DNA of 30,667 nt. It comes from a virus. Its lineage: Duplodnaviria; Caudoviricetes. The translations under genes and the position numbers were made by a program. The DNA is taken from positions 1 to 30,667 of the IMG/VR virus record IMGVR_UViG_3300032232_000969, one strand, 5' to 3'. The notes under the pieces are model-generated. The model searched no databases and had not been told where the DNA came from. It saw nothing but the letters and a program-made list of their open reading frames with translations. Of the stretch, positions 16,789-26,227 are shown piece by piece. Each line of letters begins with the position of its first letter. The first letter of the stretch is position 1.

Positions 16789-17190
16789 ATGATGAATGAC
16801 AAATTGACTGATAAGAACTTTTTATTATATTGTGCACATAATTATGGAAACTTTCAATATGCCTCTACCGAGGAATTTATTGAAGACATGAATAGACTCA
16901 AGTACATTAAAAAACTGATAACGAGATATGTCGAAAGCGGAGATTTAAAAGAACGATTGATATTAAATCATATCATTATTTTAAACAATTGTTTCGGACC
17001 AGAGGCTTTATGTAAAATACTATATCTGAAACTAAACGCTCAGATGAAGTACATAAAGCCTTTTTTAATTTTATTAAATATACTACCAGATAAAATTATG
17101 AACGTTGGTGAAGAGCAAGTAATCGATACTAATATGATAGATATGGACCATATCATAGTTTCAAGGTTGAGGAAAACTATTAATGGATAA
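16789..17190 (+). CDS. Conserved T4-like hypothetical protein
   Basis: NFLLY...EEFIEDMNRLKYIKKL..RY...GDLKERLILNHIIIL pattern. Confidence 0.75.
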   Translation: MMNDKLTDKNFLLYCAHNYGNFQYASTEEFIEDMNRLKYIKKLITRYVESGDLKERLILNHIIILNNCFGPEALCKILYLKLNAQMKYIKPFLILLNILPDKIMNVGEEQVIDTNMIDMDHIIVSRLRKTING

Positions 17191-17665
17191 GTCCGCCGGA
17201 CAAATTCAACACTTTATTTCTTTTGCTGCAAAGCATTTGAAGCTCACAAAGATGCCCAAAATTCGTTTAGTGGGGCATGCAGAAGACAGTAAACGTACAT
17301 TCGGTCATTCTATTGATAATGAAATTGTTGTGAGATCTATTGGTCGTCATCCTAATGATGTTATGAGAACACTTGCTCATGAAATGGTACATTTTAAACA
17401 TGGCAATACAGGCACATCCCAGGAAAGAGAAGACATGGCCAATGCTATAGCTGGTAGAATTATGCGTTTGTATAATACAAAGTACCCTAATACTTTCAAA
17501 AATAAACCTATCACAGAAGAAGGAATGGTTTCGGCTGTTCCTGCCAATGCTATGGGAGCATCTAGTTCTAGTTCTGGACCCATTCAAACCTATGATCCAA
17601 AACTTAAGATTCCTGGCCCCAAGAGACTCAAGAACATCCTAAGACGCAATGCCCCCACAATCTGA
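17183..17665 (+). CDS. Zinc-metallopeptidase-like (HExxH) protein
   Basis: RTLAHEMVH with downstream EREDMAN; C-terminal tail after PITEE. Confidence 0.65.
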   Translation: MDKSAGQIQHFISFAAKHLKLTKMPKIRLVGHAEDSKRTFGHSIDNEIVVRSIGRHPNDVMRTLAHEMVHFKHGNTGTSQEREDMANAIAGRIMRLYNTKYPNTFKNKPITEEGMVSAVPANAMGASSSSSGPIQTYDPKLKIPGPKRLKNILRRNAPTI

Positions 17666-18020
17666 TCGCATAGAAGCAGCAATTGAGAAATTAACAGCTG
17701 TTTCGGCTGATCTTAAAGCTATGATATCAGTGCATGAACAACGTATAATACAACAAGAAAAAGAAACAAGCTCCCTTGATTTAAAATTTGAAAAACGTAG
17801 AGAATTAATGGATGATAAAATCAATGATATATACAACACTATGAGAGATCAAGATAATAGTATTCTCTCAGAAATAACAAAATTAAGGGCTGAATCATCA
17901 GAACAACACAATATCCTTTCTAGTAAAATTAATCAATTAGAAAAGTTTATGTGGATGGCCATCGGCGGTGGCATGGTCCTTACTTGGGTATTAACAAATT
18001 TAGTCCATTATTTCAAATAA
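17649..18020 (+). CDS. Coiled-coil protein with a C-terminal TM helix
   Basis: Heptad-like helical body ending WMAIGGGMVLTWVL. Confidence 0.7.
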   Translation: MPPQSDRIEAAIEKLTAVSADLKAMISVHEQRIIQQEKETSSLDLKFEKRRELMDDKINDIYNTMRDQDNSILSEITKLRAESSEQHNILSSKINQLEKFMWMAIGGGMVLTWVLTNLVHYFK

Positions 18021-18024
18021 TCCT

Positions 18025-18052
18025 TTGACTTTTCCCAAAAACACGGTATAAT
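18025..18052 (+). promoter_or_regulatory. sigma70-type promoter for the primase operon
   Basis: TTGACT (18025-18030), 16-nt spacer, TATAAT (18047-18052). Confidence 0.75.
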
Positions 18053-18075
18053 AGTGGTGTAATGAGGGAATTAGT

Positions 18076-19101
18076 ATGGATTGGTTACAGCACAAATACA
18101 TTGGACTAATCTCTAGTCGCTTGGAAAAGTTTAAGCGTAAGGGATCTGGTCTATATAACTTCCGCTGTCCGATTTGCGGAGACTCTCAATCCCATAAGCA
18201 TAAGGCGCGAGCCTATATCTACGAGAAGCAGGGAAACATGCTGTTCCATTGCCACAACTGCAATGCGACTATGTCCGTTCCTAACTTCATCAAGGCTATC
18301 GATCAGAGCATCTATAACGAGATGCAGATGGAGCGGCTGCAGGATAAGAAAACTCCTGAGCAGCTGGATTACGAGGCATTCGTTGATAAGATGAAGAAGC
18401 CTGTGTTTATGAAGAGTGGTCCTCTTAAAGGATTGAAGAAGGTTTCACAGCTATCGCCTGATCACAGAGTAAAGAAGTTTGTTGATGCTCGCAAAATTCC
18501 TAACCCATATCATGCCAAACTGTTTTGCTGCCCCAATTTTAAACAGTTTACAAACAATTTGATTCCTAATAAGTTCGATGAGGAATCTATTGAAAGGGAC
18601 GAAACTCGTTTATTGATTCCATTTTTTGACAAAGAAAAGAGGTTACATGCTTACCAAGGTCGCGCATTGGGTAACTCCAAAGTTAAATATATTACGATTA
18701 TTCTTGATGATTCAATCCCTAAATTGTATGGCTTGGATAGTGTCGATTTTACAAAAACTTTATATGTTTTTGAAGGTCCGATTGACTCCATGTTCATACC
18801 TAACTCAATCGCTACTGCGGGTGGTGACTTGGTTAGTTCTCTTGCAATGTACAGTGATAAACAAAATATCGTTATTGTCTACGACAATGAGCCAAGATCA
18901 AAAGACACAATCAAAAAGCTAGACAAAGCGATTATGCAAGGATACTCTGTTTGTATATGGCCAGATAATCTAGAACATAAAGATATTAATGATATGGTAC
19001 TTGCGGGCTTGACTTCTGAGTTTATTCAGTTTATAATTAAGTCAAATACATACAGAGACCTCGCAGCGAAGATGGCTCTGACCAAATGGAGCAAGGTATG
19101 A
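18076..19101 (+). CDS. 61: T4-like DNA primase (gp61)
   Basis: Zn finger RCPICGDS...FHCHNC; QGRAL; TOPRIM motifs VFEGPIDSMF, VYDNE and KDINDM. Confidence 0.95.
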   Translation: MDWLQHKYIGLISSRLEKFKRKGSGLYNFRCPICGDSQSHKHKARAYIYEKQGNMLFHCHNCNATMSVPNFIKAIDQSIYNEMQMERLQDKKTPEQLDYEAFVDKMKKPVFMKSGPLKGLKKVSQLSPDHRVKKFVDARKIPNPYHAKLFCCPNFKQFTNNLIPNKFDEESIERDETRLLIPFFDKEKRLHAYQGRALGNSKVKYITIILDDSIPKLYGLDSVDFTKTLYVFEGPIDSMFIPNSIATAGGDLVSSLAMYSDKQNIVIVYDNEPRSKDTIKKLDKAIMQGYSVCIWPDNLEHKDINDMVLAGLTSEFIQFIIKSNTYRDLAAKMALTKWSKV

Positions 19102-19439
19102 CTACAGAATCTGAAAATAGAATTTTAATTGAGGCTGTTCGAATTGCTGCAGAGCAAATTGAAAACTTGAAAGAAGAGCTTTCTATGACCAGAGCTCAGG
19201 CGCTTATTCGTAAAGATTTGATTGAAAAACTAAAGTCTGGTGCTGGTGGCATCATGGAAATGAAGCAGACTATTTCTGATCGGGAAGCTGAGATTTCTCG
19301 CTTAGAACAGTATGAGTCTATGGTCCATTACATTGCCAATGACTATATCGAGTTGAGTTATGAGAAAGCGCAGTGTCAGCGTGATGATTGGTTGAAGCGT
19401 TGTAATAAACTTATAAAGGAATTAAATAATGGCATATAG
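19098..19439 (+). CDS. Hypothetical coiled-coil protein
   Basis: ATGA overlap with the primase stop at 19098. Confidence 0.65.
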   Translation: MTTESENRILIEAVRIAAEQIENLKEELSMTRAQALIRKDLIEKLKSGAGGIMEMKQTISDREAEISRLEQYESMVHYIANDYIELSYEKAQCQRDDWLKRCNKLIKELNNGI

Positions 19440-19653
19440 TCAAACTGGTAATCCGTTGAAAGATGATTTGCTTTATAAGCTGTTTGAACAGCATGTTAGG
19501 CAAGAGCTTCGAACAGCAATTACACCTGTAATCAATCAGGTTGTTGATGATTGTATTGATAAAGCCATTGATAGTATGGGTGTTACGCTTCATACTTATT
19601 ACGATCACACTGGTCTTGGCCAGGTAGTCAAGATTATTACGGAGAAAAAGTAA
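19429..19653 (+). CDS. Hypothetical protein
   Basis: AAGGA RBS; overlaps both neighbours in operon fashion. Confidence 0.65.
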   Translation: MAYSQTGNPLKDDLLYKLFEQHVRQELRTAITPVINQVVDDCIDKAIDSMGVTLHTYYDHTGLGQVVKIITEKK

Positions 19654-20009
19654 TGGCTGGGTATATATCAAAAAAGTTTCTTGCCGAAAGCCGTGATCCT
19701 GATTTCGGCTTCGATATGGTACCAGAACTCAGCTATCATAACAGAGAGACAAGTGATATGATTATGGAAAAAGCAAATTCGAATTTGTTCTACAATCTTC
19801 GTCATTTGAAGATGTTTAAAGAACGTACTAATATGCAAACTGCTCGTTGGTTTATTCGCTGGGACGATGGTAAGAACATCGTAGTTTACGACAGCAACAA
19901 CAAAACTATTTGCGAACTCGATGATATTGTTATGGCGGAGTATATTTGCTCACTACATAATATGTCTAATCTCATGATCAAAGAAGTGGAATCAAAATAT
20001 GCTGGTTAA
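19653..20009 (+). CDS. Hypothetical protein
   Basis: TAATG coupling; GGAG RBS. Confidence 0.65.
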   Translation: MAGYISKKFLAESRDPDFGFDMVPELSYHNRETSDMIMEKANSNLFYNLRHLKMFKERTNMQTARWFIRWDDGKNIVVYDSNNKTICELDDIVMAEYICSLHNMSNLMIKEVESKYAG

Positions 20010-20211
20010 GTTGACTAATAGTAATGAACAATTGAAGGGTATGCCTCTCTATCTTATGACAGAGCATATTTTGTCTATATTTGAAATGCCGACAGAAGGT
20101 GGTAGTTTAGTTACTTCTATCTATGGTATCCGTGGTGATACATGGTATGTTGAGGAAGGGTTGAATGAAGTTGTTGATATTGTTAATGGGAGAATGATTG
20201 ATGTCCGCTAA
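19999..20211 (+). CDS. Small protein resembling the FlbD family
   Basis: MLVKLT...YL...I.SI.E.P...T.I......VEE...EVV pattern; 70 aa. Confidence 0.5.
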   Translation: MLVKLTNSNEQLKGMPLYLMTEHILSIFEMPTEGGSLVTSIYGIRGDTWYVEEGLNEVVDIVNGRMIDVR

Positions 20212-20914
20212 GATTATTGCTGTTACACAACCTTTGTTGCATAATGGCGGCACTATAATCTATGATGAATCGGGTAATGAGATTGGTTATGATGATCCTC
20301 TACATATGACTGTAGATGAGTTTATCGCTTATGTTGCTCGTGTATCTAATCCAGGTAATCAACATAACACCCTGACTGCACCAAAGCTACTTCGTTATCT
20401 AGCAAAGCATAAGCACTGGTCGCCGTTCGAGATGGTCAATGTGGTTATGGAAATAAATACTACACGTGACATTGGTCGTCAGATTCTTCGTCACCGTTCC
20501 TTCACTTTTCAGGAGTTCAGTCAACGCTATGCAGATCCGACCAAAGACATGGGGTTCGTCACTCGTGAAGCCCGTTTGCAAGATACAGCCAATCGCCAGA
20601 ATTCCATCGAAACTTCCGACGAAGGAACAAAGCTCGAATGGTACAAAATGCAAGTCCACATCGCACAAGTCGCTGGCGATTTTTACACTAATGCAATCGC
20701 AGCAGGAATAGCAAAGGAGCAAGCACGTGCATTACTACCTGAAGGACTTATTCTTAGCCGCATGTATATGGCTGGCAGTCTTCGCTCTTGGATTCATTAT
20801 TGCCAACTAAGATCTGGTGTTGAAACTCAGAAGGAGCATCGTGAAATTGCTCTTGATGCTTGGTATCAGATCACAGAAGCATTTCCGTCTTTGAAAGACG
20901 CCCTCGATATATAA
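20201..20914 (+). CDS. thyX: Flavin-dependent thymidylate synthase ThyX
   Basis: ARVSNP, HWSPFE, the RHRSFTFQEFSQRY signature, KEQARALLP, GSLRSWIHY and TQKEHR. Confidence 0.95.
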   Translation: MSAKIIAVTQPLLHNGGTIIYDESGNEIGYDDPLHMTVDEFIAYVARVSNPGNQHNTLTAPKLLRYLAKHKHWSPFEMVNVVMEINTTRDIGRQILRHRSFTFQEFSQRYADPTKDMGFVTREARLQDTANRQNSIETSDEGTKLEWYKMQVHIAQVAGDFYTNAIAAGIAKEQARALLPEGLILSRMYMAGSLRSWIHYCQLRSGVETQKEHREIALDAWYQITEAFPSLKDALDI

Positions 20915-20917
20915 ATA
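20910..20917 (+). promoter_or_regulatory. T4-type late promoter for the csg operon
   Basis: TATAAATA overlapping the thyX stop, then a GGAG RBS and ATG 20937. Confidence 0.8.
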
Positions 20918-20936
20918 GTGGGTAACGGAGATTAAC

Positions 20937-21374
20937 ATGAAGAAATTAGCGTTCATATTCTTTCTAATTTCTTCTGTTTCTTTTGCTGGTGAAATTCAAT
21001 TTGGATTCAAGAGTCCTGCGTTCAGTGGCAATGGATACTCTTCTCATGTTCTTACTATTGAAAACTTAGAAGCAACAAGAAAGCAGAAGATATTCGACGA
21101 TAGAAAATCAGCTGCTGAAAAGGCTGCTTCTGATGCTAAGAATACAAATCTTGTTAAGTTTCTTAATAACTTAGAGAGCCGTATATACGCTACTATTTCT
21201 CAAAACATTGCTTCTGAGTTATTCAAGGACAATGGTAATACATCAGGTTCGTTTGATATCCAAGGTAATAATCTACAATGGGTATCAGATGGATCTACAA
21301 TAACATTAACTATTACTGATCCAGGTGGAAGTGTGACGCAAGTGGTTGTTCCCTATGGGAGTTTAGCATGGTAA
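20937..21374 (+). CDS. csgF: CsgF-like curli assembly protein
   Basis: Signal peptide ending SFA; mature N-terminus GEIQFGFKSPAFSGNG resembles CsgF F.F.NP.FGG; C-terminal G.F...ITLTITD..G.VTQVVVP; adjacent to csgG. Confidence 0.8.
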   Translation: MKKLAFIFFLISSVSFAGEIQFGFKSPAFSGNGYSSHVLTIENLEATRKQKIFDDRKSAAEKAASDAKNTNLVKFLNNLESRIYATISQNIASELFKDNGNTSGSFDIQGNNLQWVSDGSTITLTITDPGGSVTQVVVPYGSLAW

Positions 21375-22180
21375 AATATGCTGTTATTGCATTGGCTCTG
21401 TTGCTTGGTGGTTGTTCTGGAAAAGGATTAACTACACAAGCAGCTATTGAAAAAGAAATTGATGAACCAGAAATACTTACTCGTAAGCGTTTCAATGAAA
21501 TTGTAAATTTACCAGCTCCCTCTGGTGAGGTAGTACCAATTGCAGTTTATCGTTTTCAGGATATGACTGGCCAGCGTAAACCTAATAACAACTACGCTAG
21601 TTTAAGTTCGGCAGTTACACAAGGTTCAGATGTTTTCGTTATCAAGGCATTACAAGACGCTGGCAAGGGTAAGTGGTTTCAGCCAGTTGAGCGTGTTGGG
21701 TTAGAGAATTTAGTCAAGGAACGTCAGCTTATACGTTCACAGAGAGAAACTTATGAGAAGGATCAAGCAAAGCCACTTGTTCCTCTTATTGTAGCAGGGA
21801 TTATGATAGATGGTGGAATTGTCGGATACGATAGTAACATTGGGACTGGTGGTGTTGGTGCAAGGTTTTTGGGTGTGGGCGCTGATCAGCAATATCGCAA
21901 AGACGAAGTAACAGTTATGCTTCGTCTCATTTCGGTTAATACTGGTGAGATATTGCTTTCGACTGGTGCGTCTAAAACTATCTACAGTTCTGGTATCAAT
22001 ACAAACATTATGAAGTTTGTTGATGCTGGTACTAAATCGTTTGAGTTCGAGGCAGGTTCATCTATTAACGAACCTACTACATATGCTGTAAGAGTTGCTA
22101 TTGAGGCAGCAATTGTTGATATGATCAAGGAAGGCGTTAATAAGAAACTCTGGGCTTATAAGAAGGAAAAGAAAAAATGA
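21368..22180 (+). CDS. csgG: CsgG-like curli secretion pore lipoprotein
   Basis: Lipobox LGGC; AVYRFQDMTGQRKP, SSAVTQG, WFQPVERVGLENLVKERQLIRS, GGIVGYD and LRLISVNTGEIL. Confidence 0.92.
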   Translation: MVKYAVIALALLLGGCSGKGLTTQAAIEKEIDEPEILTRKRFNEIVNLPAPSGEVVPIAVYRFQDMTGQRKPNNNYASLSSAVTQGSDVFVIKALQDAGKGKWFQPVERVGLENLVKERQLIRSQRETYEKDQAKPLVPLIVAGIMIDGGIVGYDSNIGTGGVGARFLGVGADQQYRKDEVTVMLRLISVNTGEILLSTGASKTIYSSGINTNIMKFVDAGTKSFEFEAGSSINEPTTYAVRVAIEAAIVDMIKEGVNKKLWAYKKEKKK

Positions 22181-22851
22181 AAACACTAACAAGAATGATT
22201 GCGTTTTTGTCATTCTTTGTTATGATTCAGTATGCATATGCGGCAGGTAATAAAATATACGTTGACCAAATTGGTGATGGTTCAAATATAACTATGACGC
22301 AAACTGGAAGTGATAACGGTATTGGTTCTACATCAACCCGTAGTTCGTTTAATGGCAATAACTTAACAGTAACAGTATCTCAAATAGGCAATCAAAACAA
22401 CCAACTAATCAATGTAGTTGGTGATGGCGTAACTTTGAACTCAATTATCACTGGTAATACAAACCAGGTCGATATTGATTGTACAACATGTACAGCATCT
22501 AGTATAACCAGTACAGTAACTGGTAGTAGTAATTTGGTAACGATAACCAATGATGGTTTGAATAATACAGCTTTAACAATTGACTCTGATAATAACACTG
22601 TCACATTAACTAATAACTCATCAAATGTTGCTGGCGTAAATAACGTCATCAATATTTCTGGTGGTAATGGTAATCAGTTAATTCTTGATCAAACAGGAGT
22701 TGCTGGTACACTTGGTCATAAGGTTGATTTGGCAGTAACTGGTGCGCTTAATAATGTTCAAATAGGACAAGGCGGATCAGTTGATTCAATCGTTAATAGT
22801 ACGATTACTGGCTCTAGCAACACTCTTATTATTAAGTCTAACCACCAGTAA
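22177..22851 (+). CDS. Curlin-like (CsgA/CsgB-like) secreted repeat protein
   Basis: Signal peptide ending AYA; Asn/Gly/Thr/Ser-rich imperfect repeats with Q-x-G-x-x-N and T-G-x-x-N motifs. Confidence 0.7.
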   Translation: MKTLTRMIAFLSFFVMIQYAYAAGNKIYVDQIGDGSNITMTQTGSDNGIGSTSTRSSFNGNNLTVTVSQIGNQNNQLINVVGDGVTLNSIITGNTNQVDIDCTTCTASSITSTVTGSSNLVTITNDGLNNTALTIDSDNNTVTLTNNSSNVAGVNNVINISGGNGNQLILDQTGVAGTLGHKVDLAVTGALNNVQIGQGGSVDSIVNSTITGSSNTLIIKSNHQ

Positions 22852-23887
22852 TGGTGAAGTAGGCAAGGTCACAGAGCAATCTGGACCTACTGAAATACGC
22901 AGAGACAAAAACTCAGTAGCTAGCTCTATCTCATCTGAGGTGGAGATGAATGACATCATAACTACGGCTAACAGTAAAACTGGTATTACATTTAAAGATG
23001 ACACAAAAGTACAGATAACAGAGCAGTCAAAACTTGTTATTGACACGTTTGTTTATGATGGTGAAAAGAAAACAGGTAAGCTTGCTATCAAGATGGCTCT
23101 TGGTACTATTAAATATGCAAGTGGTCAGATAGCTAAGAATGACCCACAGCAAGTTGTGGTAGAAACACCAACAGCAACAATTGGTGTAAGAGGAACAGAT
23201 TTTTCGGGGACTGTAGATGAAACTGGACGTTCAACAATCATATTGCTTCCATCATGCCCAGTGGGTTGGAAAAATATTGAAAGAGATTGTGTTACTGGCA
23301 ACATTAGTGTCACTACTATTATGGGGACTGTCTGGTTAACTAAACCATTCGAAGCAGTTGTTGTTAATACTGTAATAGCACAACCTAAGTCAGCTATATT
23401 GAATCTCAGTTTAGATCAGATTAATAATATGCTGATCGTTACGCCTCCTAAAGAAGTTAGAGAAGAGCGTACAAGAGATAAAAGTAAAGCTTTCAATTTT
23501 CTTGATGAAAATGCTCTTGATAAAGATCTGTTAAAATTTGATGGTTTAGATAACAATGCATTAGATAAACCAACTGGTTTAGAAAGAAACTATCTAGATT
23601 CAGATTTCTTACTTAACTATCTAGATATTCAAAACAGTCAAATGTTGAGTAATGAGTTAGACCAGTTCAATGGGCTTCTACCTAAATACGATAAGTCGAC
23701 TGGGTTAAAATATACTGTTGATGATACTACATTAACATTGTATAGAGAAACATTTTCTAGCTATTTTGAATTAAGAGTTGATACTACAAGAAGTTTAACG
23801 TTAAATATTAATCAAGATAATCTAGCAATTAAACAGATAGTAAATAGTTCTGGATCAACAACAATAACAATTAACCAGAGTAACTGA
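22781..23887 (+). CDS. FecR-domain exported protein
   Basis: TTG start with a signal peptide; D.I.T...ITFKDDT.V.ITEQSKL.ID and TPTATIGVRGTDF FecR motifs; long Leu/Asp-rich tail ending TTITINQSN. Confidence 0.8.
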   Translation: MIQSLIVRLLALATLLLLSLTTSNGEVGKVTEQSGPTEIRRDKNSVASSISSEVEMNDIITTANSKTGITFKDDTKVQITEQSKLVIDTFVYDGEKKTGKLAIKMALGTIKYASGQIAKNDPQQVVVETPTATIGVRGTDFSGTVDETGRSTIILLPSCPVGWKNIERDCVTGNISVTTIMGTVWLTKPFEAVVVNTVIAQPKSAILNLSLDQINNMLIVTPPKEVREERTRDKSKAFNFLDENALDKDLLKFDGLDNNALDKPTGLERNYLDSDFLLNYLDIQNSQMLSNELDQFNGLLPKYDKSTGLKYTVDDTTLTLYRETFSSYFELRVDTTRSLTLNINQDNLAIKQIVNSSGSTTITINQSN

Positions 23888-23888
23888 T

Positions 23889-24167
23889 ATGTCATTACTT
23901 CGTATAGCAATATTATCGTTTTTCGTTAATTTGAGCTGTTATGCTAATGCTCAAACCGTAAACAATGCAACCGTGAATATACAAGGAGCAAATCAAAGTG
24001 TATCTATTACTCAGTCTGGTGCTGGTCATTCTGCTAATCTTAACTTTATTGGCGATAGCATCAATGCAATTATCTCTCAAACTGGAAACACACCTCAGTC
24101 GTTTAGCCTTTCTGTTACTTGTGGTTACAGTTGTCCTGTCTCCCCTTATATTGTTAATCAGTACTAG
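23889..24167 (+). CDS. Small curlin-repeat secreted protein
   Basis: Signal peptide ending ANA; IQGANQSVSITQSGAGH and ISQTGN repeats; C-terminal CGYSC. Confidence 0.65.
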   Translation: MSLLRIAILSFFVNLSCYANAQTVNNATVNIQGANQSVSITQSGAGHSANLNFIGDSINAIISQTGNTPQSFSLSVTCGYSCPVSPYIVNQY

Positions 24168-24169
24168 CG

Positions 24170-26227
24170 ATGGAAAAGATAGGCTTATACCTCACAAGCA
24201 CATGGGCAGCTGCTATCAGCGTTATTCTCCTGTTGACGTTGTATGTGGCCAATCCCAGTACTATTCAAAAGCTACAATTGAATACGTTCGACCACTTCAT
24301 AACTTCTCTGGAGAAGAAACAATCAGAAGAAATTGTAATTGTTAACTTTGGTGAGAAGTCAGTAAAGCAATTTGGTCAATGGCCATTTGACCGCAGAGAT
24401 ATTGCTAAGACAATTGATAAGTTGAAAGAACATGAAGCAGCTGTAATTGTTGCTCCTATACTATTTTCTGAAAAGGACAGAGCAGGTGGTGACGATGAAC
24501 TGGCAAAAACTCTTGAAGGTGTTATCGTTGCTCAACAGCCCACTACTCAAAATATTCCACCTGATTCTGTACGTCGCGGGTTTGCTGCAATCGGTCCTGT
24601 TGATCCTAGCAGCTATGTCTATCGTTGGCCTGGTGGATTACGTCCTATTAGTAAGTTGGCAGAATCTGCTTCGGGCGTCGGCGTTCTCGCCACTATCCCT
24701 GAACTCGATGGTGTTGTTCGCCGTGTCCCTCTACTTGTTAATATTGCAGGGGGCTTGTATCCTTCTCTTCCCTTGGAAACACTACGTGTCGCTGCTGGGG
24801 ATCCTTCCTATCAAATTAAAACAGGCGACTCTGGTCCTGAGTTTGTTCGTATCCCTGCGTATCCGCCAATTGCTACTGATGAACGAGGTAGAGTTTGGAC
24901 GACTTGGAATACTAAGTTTGAACAGGTGGAAGCAACCGAAATTGATGATCGTGTCAAGGGCAAGGTAGTAGTTCTTGGCTTGACTATTGAAGGTGTTGGG
25001 GGTATAATAGCAACGCCAGTTGGCGAAAAGTGGGCGCACGAAATACAGGCTGCTACACTTCAAACTCTTATAGATGGAACTTCTATTACTCGCCTATCCG
25101 TAGCAAGGCTATTAGAAGGAATACTGATACTAGGAACGCTGCTCCTATTTCTGTATACAGTCCCAAAACTGTCTGTAAAGACGTCAGTTCCATTTTATGC
25201 TCTTTTCGTTGGGAGTATATCTTATGGCTCATATTATTTATTCCAAACACAGCTCCAGTTATGGGATCCAAGTTATCTGATATTATCAGGATCAATACTG
25301 TTTTCTCACCTAATATTCAATAACTTTGCTCGTGAGTTTAGATTAAAGCAACAAATCAAGAAGCAATTTGGAACTTATCTTTCTCCTGCGCTTGTTGAGA
25401 AACTGCAAAAGAATCCAGAACTATTAAGATTAGGAGGAGAAACTCGTGAGCTATCTATTATGTTTACTGACGTTAGGGGTTTCACGACTATTTCTGAACA
25501 TTATGGTAGTGATGTACAAGGTCTTACGCAAATAATGAATCGCTATATGACAGCGATGACTGCGAAGATTATTCAAAACGAAGGTACATTAGACAAATAT
25601 ATCGGTGATGCTCAGATGGCGTTTTGGAATGCACCACTAGATGATGAAATGCACGCTAGACACGCAGTTAAAACAGCATTGGAGATGTTAGGTGACTTGG
25701 AACGATTCAACAAAGAAATTGCTGAAGAGGGTGTTCCTGCTTTTGGCATGGGTCTTGGTATCAACACAGGTTCTGTTGTTGTCGGAAACATGGGATCAGC
25801 CCAGCGTTTTGATTACACTTGCTTGGGTGACACTGTTAACCTTGCATCTCGTCTTGAAGGACAATCAAAACCATACCATGTGAAGATGGTTATAGGACCA
25901 CAAACATATGAGTATGTTAAGGATGAATATCTATGTCTAGAGCTTGATTGTCTTGCTGTTAAAGGTAAAACAAAAGGCGTTAACATATACACTATCGTAA
26001 ACAAGAATGGACTCAACATAGCCGCATCTCGCTCTCACGCAGAATTTTTAATGCATTATCGTGAACAAAATTGGGATAAAGCTCTTGAATATATACCGTA
26101 CATTGAACAAGCATTCGAAGGCGATATGATAGAATACTATGAAATGATGAAAGAGAGAGTAGAGGACTATAAGAAGAATCCTCTATCAAAGGATTGGGAT
26201 GGCGTATACAGGACAAACTCAAAATGA
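24170..26227 (+). CDS. CHASE2-domain class III adenylate cyclase
   Basis: N-terminal TM; CHASE2 motifs (GQWPFDR, DGVVRRVPL, YPSLPLE); three TMs; cyclase motifs FTDVRGFT, LDKYIGDAQMAFW, GINTG and FDYTCLGDTVNLASRLEG. The Lys/Asp pair suggests ATP specificity. Confidence 0.92.
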   Translation: MEKIGLYLTSTWAAAISVILLLTLYVANPSTIQKLQLNTFDHFITSLEKKQSEEIVIVNFGEKSVKQFGQWPFDRRDIAKTIDKLKEHEAAVIVAPILFSEKDRAGGDDELAKTLEGVIVAQQPTTQNIPPDSVRRGFAAIGPVDPSSYVYRWPGGLRPISKLAESASGVGVLATIPELDGVVRRVPLLVNIAGGLYPSLPLETLRVAAGDPSYQIKTGDSGPEFVRIPAYPPIATDERGRVWTTWNTKFEQVEATEIDDRVKGKVVVLGLTIEGVGGIIATPVGEKWAHEIQAATLQTLIDGTSITRLSVARLLEGILILGTLLLFLYTVPKLSVKTSVPFYALFVGSISYGSYYLFQTQLQLWDPSYLILSGSILFSHLIFNNFAREFRLKQQIKKQFGTYLSPALVEKLQKNPELLRLGGETRELSIMFTDVRGFTTISEHYGSDVQGLTQIMNRYMTAMTAKIIQNEGTLDKYIGDAQMAFWNAPLDDEMHARHAVKTALEMLGDLERFNKEIAEEGVPAFGMGLGINTGSVVVGNMGSAQRFDYTCLGDTVNLASRLEGQSKPYHVKMVIGPQTYEYVKDEYLCLELDCLAVKGKTKGVNIYTIVNKNGLNIAASRSHAEFLMHYREQNWDKALEYIPYIEQAFEGDMIEYYEMMKERVEDYKKNPLSKDWDGVYRTNSK

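Noticed and set aside
24447-25323. Alternative-frame ORFs inside the cyclase gene
   Set aside because: They are fully nested in a well-supported CDS and show no motifs or translation signals.
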